IMG/VR virus record: IMGVR_UViG_3300045988_151297
Coordinates: 1-41,279 of that record
Origin: a virus
Strand: one strand, 5' to 3'
Length of the DNA stretch: 41,279 nucleotides
Part shown: positions 8,315 through 18,147 of the stretch, piece after piece
Numbering within the stretch: position 1 is the first letter of the stretch
How the letters are laid out: every line of letters begins with the position of its first letter
Program-made: the position numbers and the translations under genes
The notes under the pieces: generated by a model
Told to the model about the DNA's origin: nothing
Databases searched by the model: none
Seen by the model: the letters and a program-made list of their open reading frames with translations, nothing else

Positions 8315-8743
8315 ATGATAACTTACAAAGATATTTTATTTTCTGCTACTAAAATTTTATCTGATAATTTTAATTGTGATGTAATAGTTAAAAATGAAGA
8401 GGGGACTTTTGAGAATGAATGTTTTTATGTAACTTTAGTACCAGTTACAAGTAAAGCTTCTACTTTAAAAACTAATGAAAAACAATTAATGATTTCAGTA
8501 AAATATTTTGGTGGTAGTAAGCTAGATAATTATGATATAGCAGATAAATTAGAAAGTTTATTTGCTAGAAGTTTAAAAGTTAATGATAGGGTGTTAAATA
8601 TATCTAACGTTGAGCCTAACTTTTTAGCTGATGAAGTTGGTGATATGCTAGATTTTTTAATTTATATAACTTATTTTGATGATATTTACATCGAAAAGAA
8701 AATTTATGACAGTATGAAAAATATTGACATGGAAATTAAATAA
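8315..8743 (+). CDS. Putative tail completion / sheath terminator protein (position-based)
   Basis: 142 aa between the gp10-like and sheath genes. No motif recognised. Confidence 0.35.
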   Translation: MITYKDILFSATKILSDNFNCDVIVKNEEGTFENECFYVTLVPVTSKASTLKTNEKQLMISVKYFGGSKLDNYDIADKLESLFARSLKVNDRVLNISNVEPNFLADEVGDMLDFLIYITYFDDIYIEKKIYDSMKNIDMEIK

Positions 8744-8757
8744 AAAGAGGTGATTAA

Positions 8758-9822
8758 ATGGCTTCAAATATAGGATTACCAAGCATAATTGTTGAGTTTA
8801 AACAAAAAGCTTCTACTGCTATACAAAGAGGAAATACTGGTATAGTTGCTTTAGTGTTAAGAGATACACAAGGGCAAGGACTTTACAACATAAAAGGATC
8901 TTATGATATACCTAGCGAGTTATCAGAAACTAATAAAAAATACATAAACTTAACTTTATTAGGAAATGTTACTGCACCTTCTAAAGTTGTAGCTTATGTT
9001 GTAGGGGCAGAAACACAATTAAAAGATGCTTTAGATTATTTAGAAGCAGTAGATTTTAACTATTTAGTTGTACCTGCTATACAAGAAGAGGAAAAAGAAG
9101 TAGTTAAAACTTTTATAGAAAAAATGAGAAATGATATAAAAGTTAGAGTAAAGGCAGTAATGAATTTAGATGCTGACTATGAAGGAATAATAAACTCAAC
9201 TAATACTGCTACTATGAAAGAAGGAGAAATAAACGTAGACGAGTTTTGTTGCGTAACAGCAGGACTTATAGCAGGAACTCCTTTATCTCAATCGGTAACT
9301 TATGCAGTACCTAAAAATGTATTAGATATACCTTCTCAAACTAAAGCAGAGTCAGAAGCTAAAGTTAAAAAAGGTGAGTTAATACTTGTAAAAGAAATGG
9401 GTAAAATCAGAGTTGCTAGAGGTGTAAATTCATTAGTTTCAACTACTACTGAAAAAGGAGATTTATTCCAAAAGATAAAATTAGTTGATACTATGGACTT
9501 AATACACAATGATATAAGAAAAACTTGTATAGATACTTACATAGGTAAAGTAGCTAACAACTATGATAATAAGTGCGTTTTAATAACTGCAATATCTTCT
9601 TATTTTGAAGAATTAGCAAAAGAACAACTTATAGAAAAAGATTTTAAAGTTGAAATAGATATAGATAAACAAGTTAAATATTTAAAATCTGTAGGTGTTG
9701 ATACTTCTGAAATGAATGAGCAAGAAATAAAAGAAGCTAATACAAAAGATAAAGTATTCTTAATAGCTAATATCAAGTTAGTTGATGCTATGGAAGAAAT
9801 ATCTCTTGAAATAAATTTATAG
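8758..9822 (+). CDS. Contractile tail sheath protein (XkdK-like)
   Basis: 354 aa directly upstream of the tube gene. Sequence is typical of PBSX-like sheath proteins (GLPSIIVEFKQKASTAIQRG..GIVALVL). Confidence 0.9.
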   Translation: MASNIGLPSIIVEFKQKASTAIQRGNTGIVALVLRDTQGQGLYNIKGSYDIPSELSETNKKYINLTLLGNVTAPSKVVAYVVGAETQLKDALDYLEAVDFNYLVVPAIQEEEKEVVKTFIEKMRNDIKVRVKAVMNLDADYEGIINSTNTATMKEGEINVDEFCCVTAGLIAGTPLSQSVTYAVPKNVLDIPSQTKAESEAKVKKGELILVKEMGKIRVARGVNSLVSTTTEKGDLFQKIKLVDTMDLIHNDIRKTCIDTYIGKVANNYDNKCVLITAISSYFEELAKEQLIEKDFKVEIDIDKQVKYLKSVGVDTSEMNEQEIKEANTKDKVFLIANIKLVDAMEEISLEINL

Positions 9823-9835
9823 GAGGTGTTATTCT

Positions 9836-10261
9836 ATGGCTTTTAACGCTAAAAATGCAATAAACGGAACTCATGGTGCGTTATGGATAAATGACAGAGA
9901 AGTTGGAGAAGTTAAGTCTTTCCAAGTTAAAGTTGAGTTTCAAAAAGAAGAAATAAAAATGGCAGGATCAATGGCTACTGATACAAAGTACATGGGTTAT
10001 ACTGTAAAAGGCTCATTATCTTTACACAAAGTAAACTCAAGAATGATACACTTTATATCAGATAGTATAAAAGCAGGTAAAGAGCCTAGATTTACTTTAA
10101 TAGGTAAACTAGCAGATCCGGATGCAGTTGGAGTAGAAAGAATAGTAGTTAAAAATGTTAGCTTTGATGATTTAACATTAATGGATTGGGAAGTTGGTAC
10201 AGTAGGGACTACTGAACATCCATTTACTGCTACTTCTTGGGATGTTTTAGATAGTTTTTAA
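9836..10261 (+). CDS. Tail tube protein (XkdM-like)
   Basis: 141 aa. AINGTHGALWINDREVGEVKSFQVKVEF..KYMGYTVKGSLSLHKVNSRM matches the XkdM-type tube pattern. Confidence 0.85.
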   Translation: MAFNAKNAINGTHGALWINDREVGEVKSFQVKVEFQKEEIKMAGSMATDTKYMGYTVKGSLSLHKVNSRMIHFISDSIKAGKEPRFTLIGKLADPDAVGVERIVVKNVSFDDLTLMDWEVGTVGTTEHPFTATSWDVLDSF

Positions 10262-10281
10262 TATAAATATTTTTTAAAAGG

Positions 10282-10310
10282 CTAGGATATTGCTCCTAGT
10301 CTTTATTTTT
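10282..10310 (+). terminator. Terminator/attenuator after the tube gene
   Basis: CTAGGA/TCCTAG stem followed by TCTTTATTTTT. Confidence 0.5.
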
Positions 10311-10327
10311 ATATACAAAGGAGAATA

Positions 10328-10753
10328 TTGACTATGAGTAATGTAATAGATTTACTTTTAAATGCAGATATAGAACAAATACAAAGACCAAGTAAAGAGG
10401 TTGAAATAAAAAGATTGTCTAACATATTTGGAGAAAAATTCACAGTATTATGTAAGGCTTTAACTTACGATAAATATAGTGAGATACAAGAAAATTGTAT
10501 AGATATAACATCAAAAGAGCCTACATTTGACTTACAAAAGCTTCAAATAGAATTAGTTTTCAACGGTGTTTTCAATGCACAAGATGGAACAAGATTTTTT
10601 TCAAATAAAGAACTTCATAAAAAATTCAAAGTTCCACATGGTAAAGAGTTAATAAAAAGACTGCTTTTAAGTGGGGAAATAAGTGCATTAGCTGATACTA
10701 TAACGGAACTAACTGGATACAAAGGCGATTTAATAGAAGAAGTAAAAAACTAA
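10328..10753 (+). CDS. Tail assembly chaperone (XkdN-like), short form
   Basis: 141 aa between the tube and tape-measure genes. Start is TTG 10328 or ATG 10334. The gene ends at the slippery heptamer. Confidence 0.7.
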   Translation: MTMSNVIDLLLNADIEQIQRPSKEVEIKRLSNIFGEKFTVLCKALTYDKYSEIQENCIDITSKEPTFDLQKLQIELVFNGVFNAQDGTRFFSNKELHKKFKVPHGKELIKRLLLSGEISALADTITELTGYKGDLIEEVKN

Positions 10754-10935
10754 TTAAGACTGATGATAATACTTTCTTAATGTTTTATTTATTTCATAAG
10801 AAAAATATCATTAGTCCAAAAGAATGTTATGAAATTTTAAATTCTATGGATAAAGGTGAAAAAGAAATACTTTTAGCTTTTATCAAACAAGAAATAGAAA
10901 TAGAGCAAAAGAAAAACTCCTTAGGGGAGGTGTAA
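10744..10935 (+). CDS. -1 programmed-frameshift extension of the tail chaperone (long form)
   Basis: Canonical heptamer A_AAA_AAC at 10744..10750 sits just before the stop. The -1 frame is open for 61 codons (LIKTDDNTFLMFYLFHKK...KKNSLGEV) and stops at 10933..10935, 3 nt before the tape-measure ATG. Confidence 0.65.
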   Translation, partial: KKLIKTDDNTFLMFYLFHKKNIISPKECYEILNSMDKGEKEILLAFIKQEIEIEQKKNSLGEV

Positions 10936-10938
10936 TAA

Positions 10939-12597
10939 ATGAGTAGTACAGAAAAAGTATTAAGAGCGAAAATTCAAGCAGTAGATAATTTTACTAAGCC
11001 TATGCAGAAAGTAATATCTCAAACTAAAGCATTTCAAGCTACTGCAAAAGCAGTTAAACCTTTAGTATTAAAAGCTAAAGATATGGCTTCTAAAGTTATA
11101 TCTAAGGTAAAGGCTCAAATAGATAAATTTAAGTCTACTAAGTTTGGTCAGTTTGTTCTTAAAGCTAAAGATATGGCTTCTAAAGTACTTACTAAAGTAA
11201 ATGGTATGTTACGGTCATTTGCAAGTAAAGTTTGGTCGGCTACTGTATCAGTAAAAGATAAAGCTTCTAGTGTATTATCAAGTATTCAAGGGAAACTTAG
11301 TGCATTAGCAGTTGGGGCTACAATAACAGTAGGTGCTAAGACTGGATTTAATGAGTTGGCAAATGAGCAAACACAAAAACTTACTATAAATAGAGTGATC
11401 CAAAATAGTGGGAAATCTAAAGAAGAAGCTAAAAAGGCAACTGATGAATTTTATTCATATCTAGAAGAATATGCAAATAAAACACCGTTTGAAACTTCGG
11501 CAGTAACTCAATTTGGTACTAAGGCAGCTATGATGGCAAAAGGGGATATAGACCAAGCTAAAAACCTTACTGATATGATGGGAAATGTAAAGGCTTTTGT
11601 TGGAGATCTAAGAACTGAAACAGAGGTTGCAGAAGCTTTCTTTAGTGCTAATAATGGGAATATGGAAATGCTTAACAATATGTTAGGTACTCAATATAAA
11701 ACTTTTGAAGAAGCTAAAGAAGGTATTGCCAAAAATCAAGGTGGCTTAGTAAATGAAATGTCTACTACTTTAGGTGGTTTAATGTCTACTATAAGTGGTA
11801 AAGTTAAAAATAGCTTAAAAGGTGTTACTAAAGTATTTGCTGATATGTTAAGTGGCAGTATGAGTGGGATAATAGGTTTTATAGATAGTATATCACCTAA
11901 AATGGTTGCTATGGCTGAAAGTGTAAAAGTAGGGTTTGAAGCTTTTATGAAATCTGAACAAGCTGGTCAATATATGCAAATATTTAAAACTGTATTTGAA
12001 ACTGCTTGGGGAATGATAAAAAGTGTTATAGATGCAGTAAAGCCAGTTATTGAAGCTATATTTAATTTCATAGGAGAACATTCACAAGAAATATCTACAA
12101 TAGTTCAAATGTTTGGGAATATTTGGAGTAGTGTTTGGAAACTTGCAGGAACTCTTTTACAAGGGGCTTGGAGTATATGTGAACCTATACTAAGTACACT
12201 TTTAAAAGCTTTAGCAAAAGTCAGTGGTGCAGTAGAAACTATTTGTAGTGCGTGGAACAAAATGACTGAACTTCTTAAAAAACCTATAAATGCAGTTGTA
12301 AATGTTGCTAAAAAAGGTGCTTCATTTGTAAGTGATAAGCTAGGTCTATCAGAAGGTAGAAACGCATTTGGTAGTGGTAGAATTGCTCGTGATGGAACTG
12401 TAAGAACTTTACATGAAGGGGAAAAAGTTTTAACTAAGAGAGAAACTGATGCCTATTTAAAAGGTCAAAATGCACAAGGTGTAAACATAGTTGTAAATGG
12501 CTTAACAGTAAGAGAAGAAGCAGATATAAATAGAATAGCTAATAAATTAGTTCAAAAGATAAATCAAAGTAAAATGGTATTTGGAGGTAGTTACTAA
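10939..12597 (+). CDS. Tail tape measure protein
   Basis: 552 aa, helical and low in complexity, with internal repeats (LKAKDMASKV twice). It sits in the position after the chaperone pair. Confidence 0.85.
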   Translation: MSSTEKVLRAKIQAVDNFTKPMQKVISQTKAFQATAKAVKPLVLKAKDMASKVISKVKAQIDKFKSTKFGQFVLKAKDMASKVLTKVNGMLRSFASKVWSATVSVKDKASSVLSSIQGKLSALAVGATITVGAKTGFNELANEQTQKLTINRVIQNSGKSKEEAKKATDEFYSYLEEYANKTPFETSAVTQFGTKAAMMAKGDIDQAKNLTDMMGNVKAFVGDLRTETEVAEAFFSANNGNMEMLNNMLGTQYKTFEEAKEGIAKNQGGLVNEMSTTLGGLMSTISGKVKNSLKGVTKVFADMLSGSMSGIIGFIDSISPKMVAMAESVKVGFEAFMKSEQAGQYMQIFKTVFETAWGMIKSVIDAVKPVIEAIFNFIGEHSQEISTIVQMFGNIWSSVWKLAGTLLQGAWSICEPILSTLLKALAKVSGAVETICSAWNKMTELLKKPINAVVNVAKKGASFVSDKLGLSEGRNAFGSGRIARDGTVRTLHEGEKVLTKRETDAYLKGQNAQGVNIVVNGLTVREEADINRIANKLVQKINQSKMVFGGSY

Positions 12598-13256
12598 TGC
12601 TAACTGAAATATGGATTAAGACAAATGAAAAAGCAGTAAGGCTTCCAGTTATACCTAGTGAATTTGAAAGAGTTATTGATGCTAATTATGACACCGAGCG
12701 AGTTATGAAGTTAGGTGACATTGCAATATTTAACGGTAACGGATTAGCACAATTATCTTTATCAAGCTTTTTCCCAAACAAAGAATATAGTTTTAATGAA
12801 TATTCAAACGTTCCAAAGCCTTATGATATGGTTAGATATTTCAAAGAATGGAAAAATAAAAGCACAGTAGTAAGAGTGATATTGACTGGTACTGATATAA
12901 ATCAAGAAATGTATATAACTAATTTTGCTTATGGTGAAAGGGATGGTACTGGGGATGTTTATTATACTATGGATCTATTAGAATATAGACCCATAATTGT
13001 ACCTACTATAACAGAAAATAATTCAAATAATACTCAAAATACAAATAGACCTACTGATACAAATAATAAAAATAATTCTAGTAATAAACAAAAAACACAT
13101 AAGGTTGTAAAAGGTGATTGTCTTTGGGATATTGCACAAAAATATTATGGTAAGGGTAGTTTATATCCTAAAATAAAAGAAGCTAATAAAAGTAAATATC
13201 CTTCACTAGCTAAAAGCAATGTTATATATACAAATATGGAGTTGATAATTCCATGA
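12597..13256 (+). CDS. LysM-domain tail protein (XkdP-like)
   Basis: C-terminal LysM HKVVKGDCLWDIAQKYYGKGSLYPKIKEANK. ATGA-type overlap with the neighbouring genes. Confidence 0.8.
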   Translation: MLTEIWIKTNEKAVRLPVIPSEFERVIDANYDTERVMKLGDIAIFNGNGLAQLSLSSFFPNKEYSFNEYSNVPKPYDMVRYFKEWKNKSTVVRVILTGTDINQEMYITNFAYGERDGTGDVYYTMDLLEYRPIIVPTITENNSNNTQNTNRPTDTNNKNNSSNKQKTHKVVKGDCLWDIAQKYYGKGSLYPKIKEANKSKYPSLAKSNVIYTNMELIIP

Positions 13257-14650
13257 TTAAATTAATATGTCAAAAGGCTACTGGTGAGAAATTAGATATA
13301 ACTAATTTATTAACTACTATAACATGGAGTGGAGATTATAAAAGTTGTGCTAGAAAGTTAGAATTTTCATTGATTAGTAGTGCAAATGATATAAATATTC
13401 CTAATGTAGATATACCTTTAATGAGTGTTATACAATTTTATGAAGATGATAACGAATTATTTAGGGGTTTTGTATATGAAAGAGAAAAATCTAGTGATAA
13501 CAATGTGAGTTTTCTATGCTATGACTATTGTGCAAAGCTTAATGATATAAAAGTATCTTATAATATAAAAAATGAAACAGCTTCAAGTATATATAATAAA
13601 TTTCTTACTGAATATAAGCTAAGCAAAGGTGATATTGCTCAAGCTAACACTAAAATTAAAAAAATATTTTTAGGTGTTACTGCTTATGATATGATAATGA
13701 GTGCATATACAGAAGAAGCTAAAGCAACTGGTAAAAAGTATATGGTATATTCTAAAGGGGATAAGTTTTATTCATCTGAAAAAGGTAATGTAAAGCTTAA
13801 ATTAGCTTTTGAAGAAGGTAAAAATATATTATCAAGTAATTTTAAAGAATCTGTATCGAATATGGTTAATAAAGTGTTAATCGTAGATGAAAATGGAAAT
13901 AAAGTATCAGAAGTTAAAAATGATGAATGGCTTAAGACTTATGGATTATTTCAAGAGGTGTATAAAAAACAAGAAGATAAAGATGCTAATGCAGAAGCTA
14001 AAGCAATGTTAAATGGAGTTGAGCAAACTTGCTCTTTAACTGGCTTTGGTGATACAACTTGTATTACTGGTTATGGAGTTCAAGTTAAAGATACTTATAC
14101 TGGATTAGTAGGTTTATTTTATATAGATAGTGATACTCACACTTGGGAAGGTGGAAAATATACCATAGATTTAGAATTGAATTTTAAAAACATAATGAAT
14201 GAAGTATCGGCAGGGCAAGATGAACAAACTGAAAATAGTTCAACTTCATCAAGTGGTAATAGTTCGAGTAGTTCATCAAATTCTATAGGTGATAAATTAG
14301 TTAGCTTAGCTAAATCAAAGCTTGGTTGCAAATATGTATGGGGTGCAACTGGACCTAATCAATTCGACTGTAGTGGCTTAACGAGTTGGTGTTATAAGCA
14401 AGTTGGAATATCTATTCCTCGTACTTCTTTAGCACAATCTAAGAGTGGGAAAGCAGTTAGTAAATCTAACTTACAACCTGGAGATTTACTATTTTGGAAA
14501 ACTACAAGTGCTGAAGTTGGTCATGTTGGAATGTATGTTGGTAATGGCCAATTTATTCATGCCCCCAATAAATCTAAACCAGTAAAATATGATAGTTTAA
14601 GCAATTCTTATTATTCTTCAAGATTTGTAAGGGCAAGGAGGTATTATTAA
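13253..14650 (+). CDS. XkdQ-like tail/baseplate hub protein fused to a C-terminal NlpC/P60 endopeptidase
   Basis: 465 aa with an S/N-rich linker (SSTSSSGNSSSSSSNS), then CKYVWGATGPNQFDCSGL ... GHVGMYVGNGQFIHAP, which supplies the Cys-His catalytic motifs of NlpC/P60. Confidence 0.85.
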   Translation: MIKLICQKATGEKLDITNLLTTITWSGDYKSCARKLEFSLISSANDINIPNVDIPLMSVIQFYEDDNELFRGFVYEREKSSDNNVSFLCYDYCAKLNDIKVSYNIKNETASSIYNKFLTEYKLSKGDIAQANTKIKKIFLGVTAYDMIMSAYTEEAKATGKKYMVYSKGDKFYSSEKGNVKLKLAFEEGKNILSSNFKESVSNMVNKVLIVDENGNKVSEVKNDEWLKTYGLFQEVYKKQEDKDANAEAKAMLNGVEQTCSLTGFGDTTCITGYGVQVKDTYTGLVGLFYIDSDTHTWEGGKYTIDLELNFKNIMNEVSAGQDEQTENSSTSSSGNSSSSSSNSIGDKLVSLAKSKLGCKYVWGATGPNQFDCSGLTSWCYKQVGISIPRTSLAQSKSGKAVSKSNLQPGDLLFWKTTSAEVGHVGMYVGNGQFIHAPNKSKPVKYDSLSNSYYSSRFVRARRYY

Positions 14651-14651
14651 T

Positions 14652-14957
14652 ATGAAAGATCCATTTTTAGAATTATATAGTTTAATGGGTGAAGCTACTA
14701 AAATTGAAGCTTCTTTTTTTATTGCTAAAATAATATCTCCTTTACCTAATTTAAAAATACAATTAAATGATTTACCACTTGATAAAGATGATTTTTTAAT
14801 CAGTAAAAATTTATTACTATCAAATAATGCTAATATATCAGCTACTGAATGTAGTATTGAACATAATCTAAAAGATGAATTAAAAGTTAATGATAAAGTT
14901 GTTTTATTAAGAATAGATGATAAATTTATAATTTTAAGTAAGGTGGTGAGTATATGA
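14652..14957 (+). CDS. Small baseplate protein (XkdR / DUF2577-like)
   Basis: 101 aa. Order and size match the PBSX module. Confidence 0.5.
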   Translation: MKDPFLELYSLMGEATKIEASFFIAKIISPLPNLKIQLNDLPLDKDDFLISKNLLLSNNANISATECSIEHNLKDELKVNDKVVLLRIDDKFIILSKVVSI

Positions 14958-15376
14958 GTTTATTCCCTTTTATAAGTAATACTGATGATGTAAAAGTTGA
15001 TAATAACTTTCCTTTATATAGAGAAGTAGCTTGGGATTTTAAAAATAATATTCCAATACTTGAAAATGGAGATTTTAAAATAGTTGAAGGTAATAATGCT
15101 ATAAAGGTGTGGGTGTATAAAGCTATATTAACTCCACGCTATAACTATTCGATTTACACTTGGGATTATGGAAGCGAATTACTTGATTTAATAGGTAAAG
15201 CATATACTCCATCACTTACTAAAGAAGAAGCTAAAAGACTTATAAAAGAAGCGCTTGAAATTAATCCTTATATTTTAGAAGTTGAAATAACTAATATAAG
15301 TTTTAAAGATAGTTTATTAAGTACTACTGTAAAAGTAAAGACAATTTACGAGGGTGAGGTGATAGTAAATGTCTAA
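14954..15376 (+). CDS. Baseplate protein (XkdS / DUF2634, gp25/W-like)
   Basis: 140 aa. The motif AIKVWVYKAILTPRYNYSIYTWDYGSEL..LIGK is typical of this family. Confidence 0.65.
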   Translation: MSLFPFISNTDDVKVDNNFPLYREVAWDFKNNIPILENGDFKIVEGNNAIKVWVYKAILTPRYNYSIYTWDYGSELLDLIGKAYTPSLTKEEAKRLIKEALEINPYILEVEITNISFKDSLLSTTVKVKTIYEGEVIVNV

Positions 15377-16403
15377 TACTTATGAAAATATAAAACAAAG
15401 AATACTTGATAATATAAATATAGATATAGACAAAAGAGAAGGTAGCTTTACTTCAAATATGGTTTCTCCTTTATCAGAAGAACTTGCAAAAGCCTATATA
15501 AATATGAGTGATATATTGTCCCTTGGTTTTATAGAAGATAATTTTGATACTTACTTAGATAAAAGAGTATCAGAATTTGGGGTATATAGAAAAGAAGGTG
15601 TAAAAGCTACTGGAGAAATAAAAGTCGAAGGTAAAGAAGGGGCTATAATAACAAATGGTACTCTTATAAAAGCTAATGATTTATATTTTACAGTATTAAA
15701 TGATATAGAACTTCCAACAGATAATATTTTATATGTAGAAGCTAATGAAGTAGGTTATAAATATAATTTACTTGCTAATACTGAATTTGAATTAGTAGAA
15801 AAAAATGACAAGGTAACTAAATTAGTAAATGAAGTTGACTTCTCAAAAGGTGTAGATGTTGAATCTGATGAAGATTTGAGAAAAAGATTTGTTAAAGTTG
15901 TAAATAATCCTAGTACAAGTGGAAACAAAGCACACTATGAAGAATGGGCTTTAGAAGTTGACGGAGTAGGAAGGGCAATAGTTTATCCTTTGCATAATGG
16001 AAATGGTACTGTAAAAGTTATGATAATAGGAAATGATAATAAACCAGTTGCAGAAGAAATAATTAATAATTGTAAGCTTCATATCGAGGGAAATATGCCT
16101 ATAGGTTGCCAATTAACTGTAACTACACCGAGCCTTTTAAATGTGTCTGTAAAGGCTTCTATTGAGTTAAAAGAAGGTTATACTTTAGAAGATATACAAA
16201 CAGACTTTAAAGCTTCTTTAAATGAGCATTTGAAGGATGTAACAACAGAGTTAGTTTATTCTAAAGTGTATGGTTTATTAGTTAATCATAGTGGAGTTGA
16301 AGATATAACTGAATTTACAATAAATGATAATAATATAAATATATCAATATCAGAAGATAAAATAATAAATATATCAGAAGTAACTTTAAGTGAGGTGGTT
16401 TAA
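15369..16403 (+). CDS. Baseplate J-like protein (XkdT-like)
   Basis: 344 aa with N-terminal IKQRILDNI..DKREGSFTSNMVSPLSEELAKAY, typical of Baseplate_J. Confidence 0.85.
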   Translation: MSNTYENIKQRILDNINIDIDKREGSFTSNMVSPLSEELAKAYINMSDILSLGFIEDNFDTYLDKRVSEFGVYRKEGVKATGEIKVEGKEGAIITNGTLIKANDLYFTVLNDIELPTDNILYVEANEVGYKYNLLANTEFELVEKNDKVTKLVNEVDFSKGVDVESDEDLRKRFVKVVNNPSTSGNKAHYEEWALEVDGVGRAIVYPLHNGNGTVKVMIIGNDNKPVAEEIINNCKLHIEGNMPIGCQLTVTTPSLLNVSVKASIELKEGYTLEDIQTDFKASLNEHLKDVTTELVYSKVYGLLVNHSGVEDITEFTINDNNINISISEDKIINISEVTLSEVV

Positions 16404-16934
16404 TTGAATTTAATCAATAAGCTACCTTCTTTTTATGATAATGATATTACTAAGCCTATACAAGATTCTTTTACTGTAGAAGCTAATTCTATAAATGATG
16501 AAGTAGAAAATACTCTTAATCAATTCTTTGTAGACAGTGCAACGTATGGGCTTGATTATTGGGAAAAGATGTTAGGTATATCTAAAAATACTAATGACAT
16601 TCAGACAAGGCGAGAAAATATAAAGGCTAAAATGAGGTCAAGAGGTACTACAAGTATTGAAGTTATAAAAAATATTTGTGAAGCCTATAGTTACGGTGAA
16701 GTAGAAATAGTTGTAGACCATTCAAACTATAGCTTTGAAATTAATTTTATAGGTAGTATAGGAGTACCTAAGGCTTTTGCAGAACTTGATAAAACTATTG
16801 AAGAAATCAAACCTTGTCATTTAGCACATACTTATAGATTTAGGTATAACAACCATGAATATTTAAGTCAATTTACACATGAGCATTTAAGTCAGTTTAC
16901 ACATGATGAATTGAGAAATTCAAAAGAAATATAA
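16404..16934 (+). CDS. Tail protein XkdU / DUF2313 (gpI-like)
   Basis: 176 aa, TTG start. LPSFYDN...NQFFVDSATYGLDYWEKMLGI is the family signature. Confidence 0.8.
   Translation: MNLINKLPSFYDNDITKPIQDSFTVEANSINDEVENTLNQFFVDSATYGLDYWEKMLGISKNTNDIQTRRENIKAKMRSRGTTSIEVIKNICEAYSYGEVEIVVDHSNYSFEINFIGSIGVPKAFAELDKTIEEIKPCHLAHTYRFRYNNHEYLSQFTHEHLSQFTHDELRNSKEI
16854..16910. repeat. 24-bp in-frame tandem duplication (2.3 copies) at the 3' end of the XkdU-like gene
   Basis: CATGAATATTTAAGTCAATTTACA / CATGAGCATTTAAGTCAGTTTACA / CATGATGAA, which encodes HEYLSQFT HEHLSQFT HDE. Confidence 0.9.
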
Positions 16935-16946
16935 AGGGGGTGCTTT

Positions 16947-17711
16947 ATGGGAAAATCAAGATATATAAAAGATGAAAAAGGAGTTACAATGTCAGTAGCT
17001 ACAAGCACTTTAGGACTTGAAAAACCTTTATTAAATGAAAACTATAATATTGATGTTCATAATAGGAATATGGATAAAATAGACGAAGATTTAACTCCTA
17101 TTGATGATAGTTATATTATAGAGTTATTCCAACATGACGGAGATATAAGCAGACCAAAAGATTATTATACTAAAGAAGAATCAGATTTAAAATATGCAAC
17201 TAAGGAAGAAGTTCAAGACAATACTAATTTAGCAAATCAAGCTTTAAATAAGGCTAATGAGGCTTTTCAGCGTGGAGATAATGTTAAAACTCAATTAGTA
17301 GACAAACTTATCTCCGAGGGACTTGATGTGTCTACTAATAATAGTTTTGAGGAATTGATAGAGAATATATCACTAGGTAAAAAATGGGCCAAAGGAACAA
17401 GTGATACTTTCTTAAACAATAGTATCGCTAATTATTATGTATTTAGTATAGATTTAAATAATTTAGGATTTGTTCCTAATACTGTAATAGCTACGACAAC
17501 TTGGAACACTTTATATATACCTATGGTTTTATACTCAAATGAATTAAAAGATATTCCAGCTGGCAAAACTTTGTGTTGTCAGTTTGTAAATAATGAAAAT
17601 AGTTCCAATTCAGGATTTATTTCAATGTATGATTGTATTATAAAAGAAAATATTATGTATCTTATGGGGAATAATTCTGGTAGAACTTACAATTGGATAG
17701 CTTTTGAATAG
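16947..17711 (+). CDS. Tail fibre protein
   Basis: N-terminus TLGLEKPLLNENYNIDVHNRNMDKIDE is the conserved fibre/hyaluronidase-type N-terminal motif. The gene follows the baseplate genes. Confidence 0.7.
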   Translation: MGKSRYIKDEKGVTMSVATSTLGLEKPLLNENYNIDVHNRNMDKIDEDLTPIDDSYIIELFQHDGDISRPKDYYTKEESDLKYATKEEVQDNTNLANQALNKANEAFQRGDNVKTQLVDKLISEGLDVSTNNSFEELIENISLGKKWAKGTSDTFLNNSIANYYVFSIDLNNLGFVPNTVIATTTWNTLYIPMVLYSNELKDIPAGKTLCCQFVNNENSSNSGFISMYDCIIKENIMYLMGNNSGRTYNWIAFE

Positions 17712-17721
17712 AGGTGATAAA

Positions 17722-18108
17722 ATGAAACAAATAGGAACTAAAATTTATTATTGCTTATTAAGTGGTAATGTAATAAAGATAAGAGGCGATATGAGGGGAT
17801 GTGTAAAAGAAACAACTTTTGATGAAGATATAGAAATATATACAGAATTAAAAGAAAGAGATAAAGATAGTATAGGATTATTACAGTTTAGCTATGGTGA
17901 ATATCCTAAACTATCTCAAAATAGTACTGGTGTTATGGTTAATCTTGAAACTAAAGAATTAATATTTAGTTATGAAGAATTACCACAACTACCACAAGAG
18001 CCTACAGAAATTGAAATTATGCAAGATAAAATATCTCAATTAGAAGAAGAAATTAATAAACTTAAAAATTCAATAAATGAAATAAATTTAGCAATATTAA
18101 AAGGCTAG
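17722..18108 (+). CDS. Hypothetical tail-fibre-module protein with C-terminal coiled coil
   Basis: ATG 17722 follows GAGGTGA. The track start at 17704 lacks an RBS. No motif recognised. Confidence 0.4.
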   Translation: MKQIGTKIYYCLLSGNVIKIRGDMRGCVKETTFDEDIEIYTELKERDKDSIGLLQFSYGEYPKLSQNSTGVMVNLETKELIFSYEELPQLPQEPTEIEIMQDKISQLEEEINKLKNSINEINLAILKG

Positions 18109-18130
18109 GACTTACCTAGTCTATTTTAAT
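18105..18130 (+). terminator. Terminator-like hairpin
   Basis: CTAGG/CCTAG stem followed by TCTATTTTAATTT. Confidence 0.4.
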
Positions 18131-18147
18131 TTAATAGGAGGTGTCAT

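Noticed and set aside
11071-11186. A 26-bp perfect direct repeat (11071..11096 and 11161..11186) in the tape-measure gene.
   Set aside because: It is in frame, 90 bp apart, and encodes the repeated LKAKDMASKV. Internal repeats are a normal property of tape-measure proteins.
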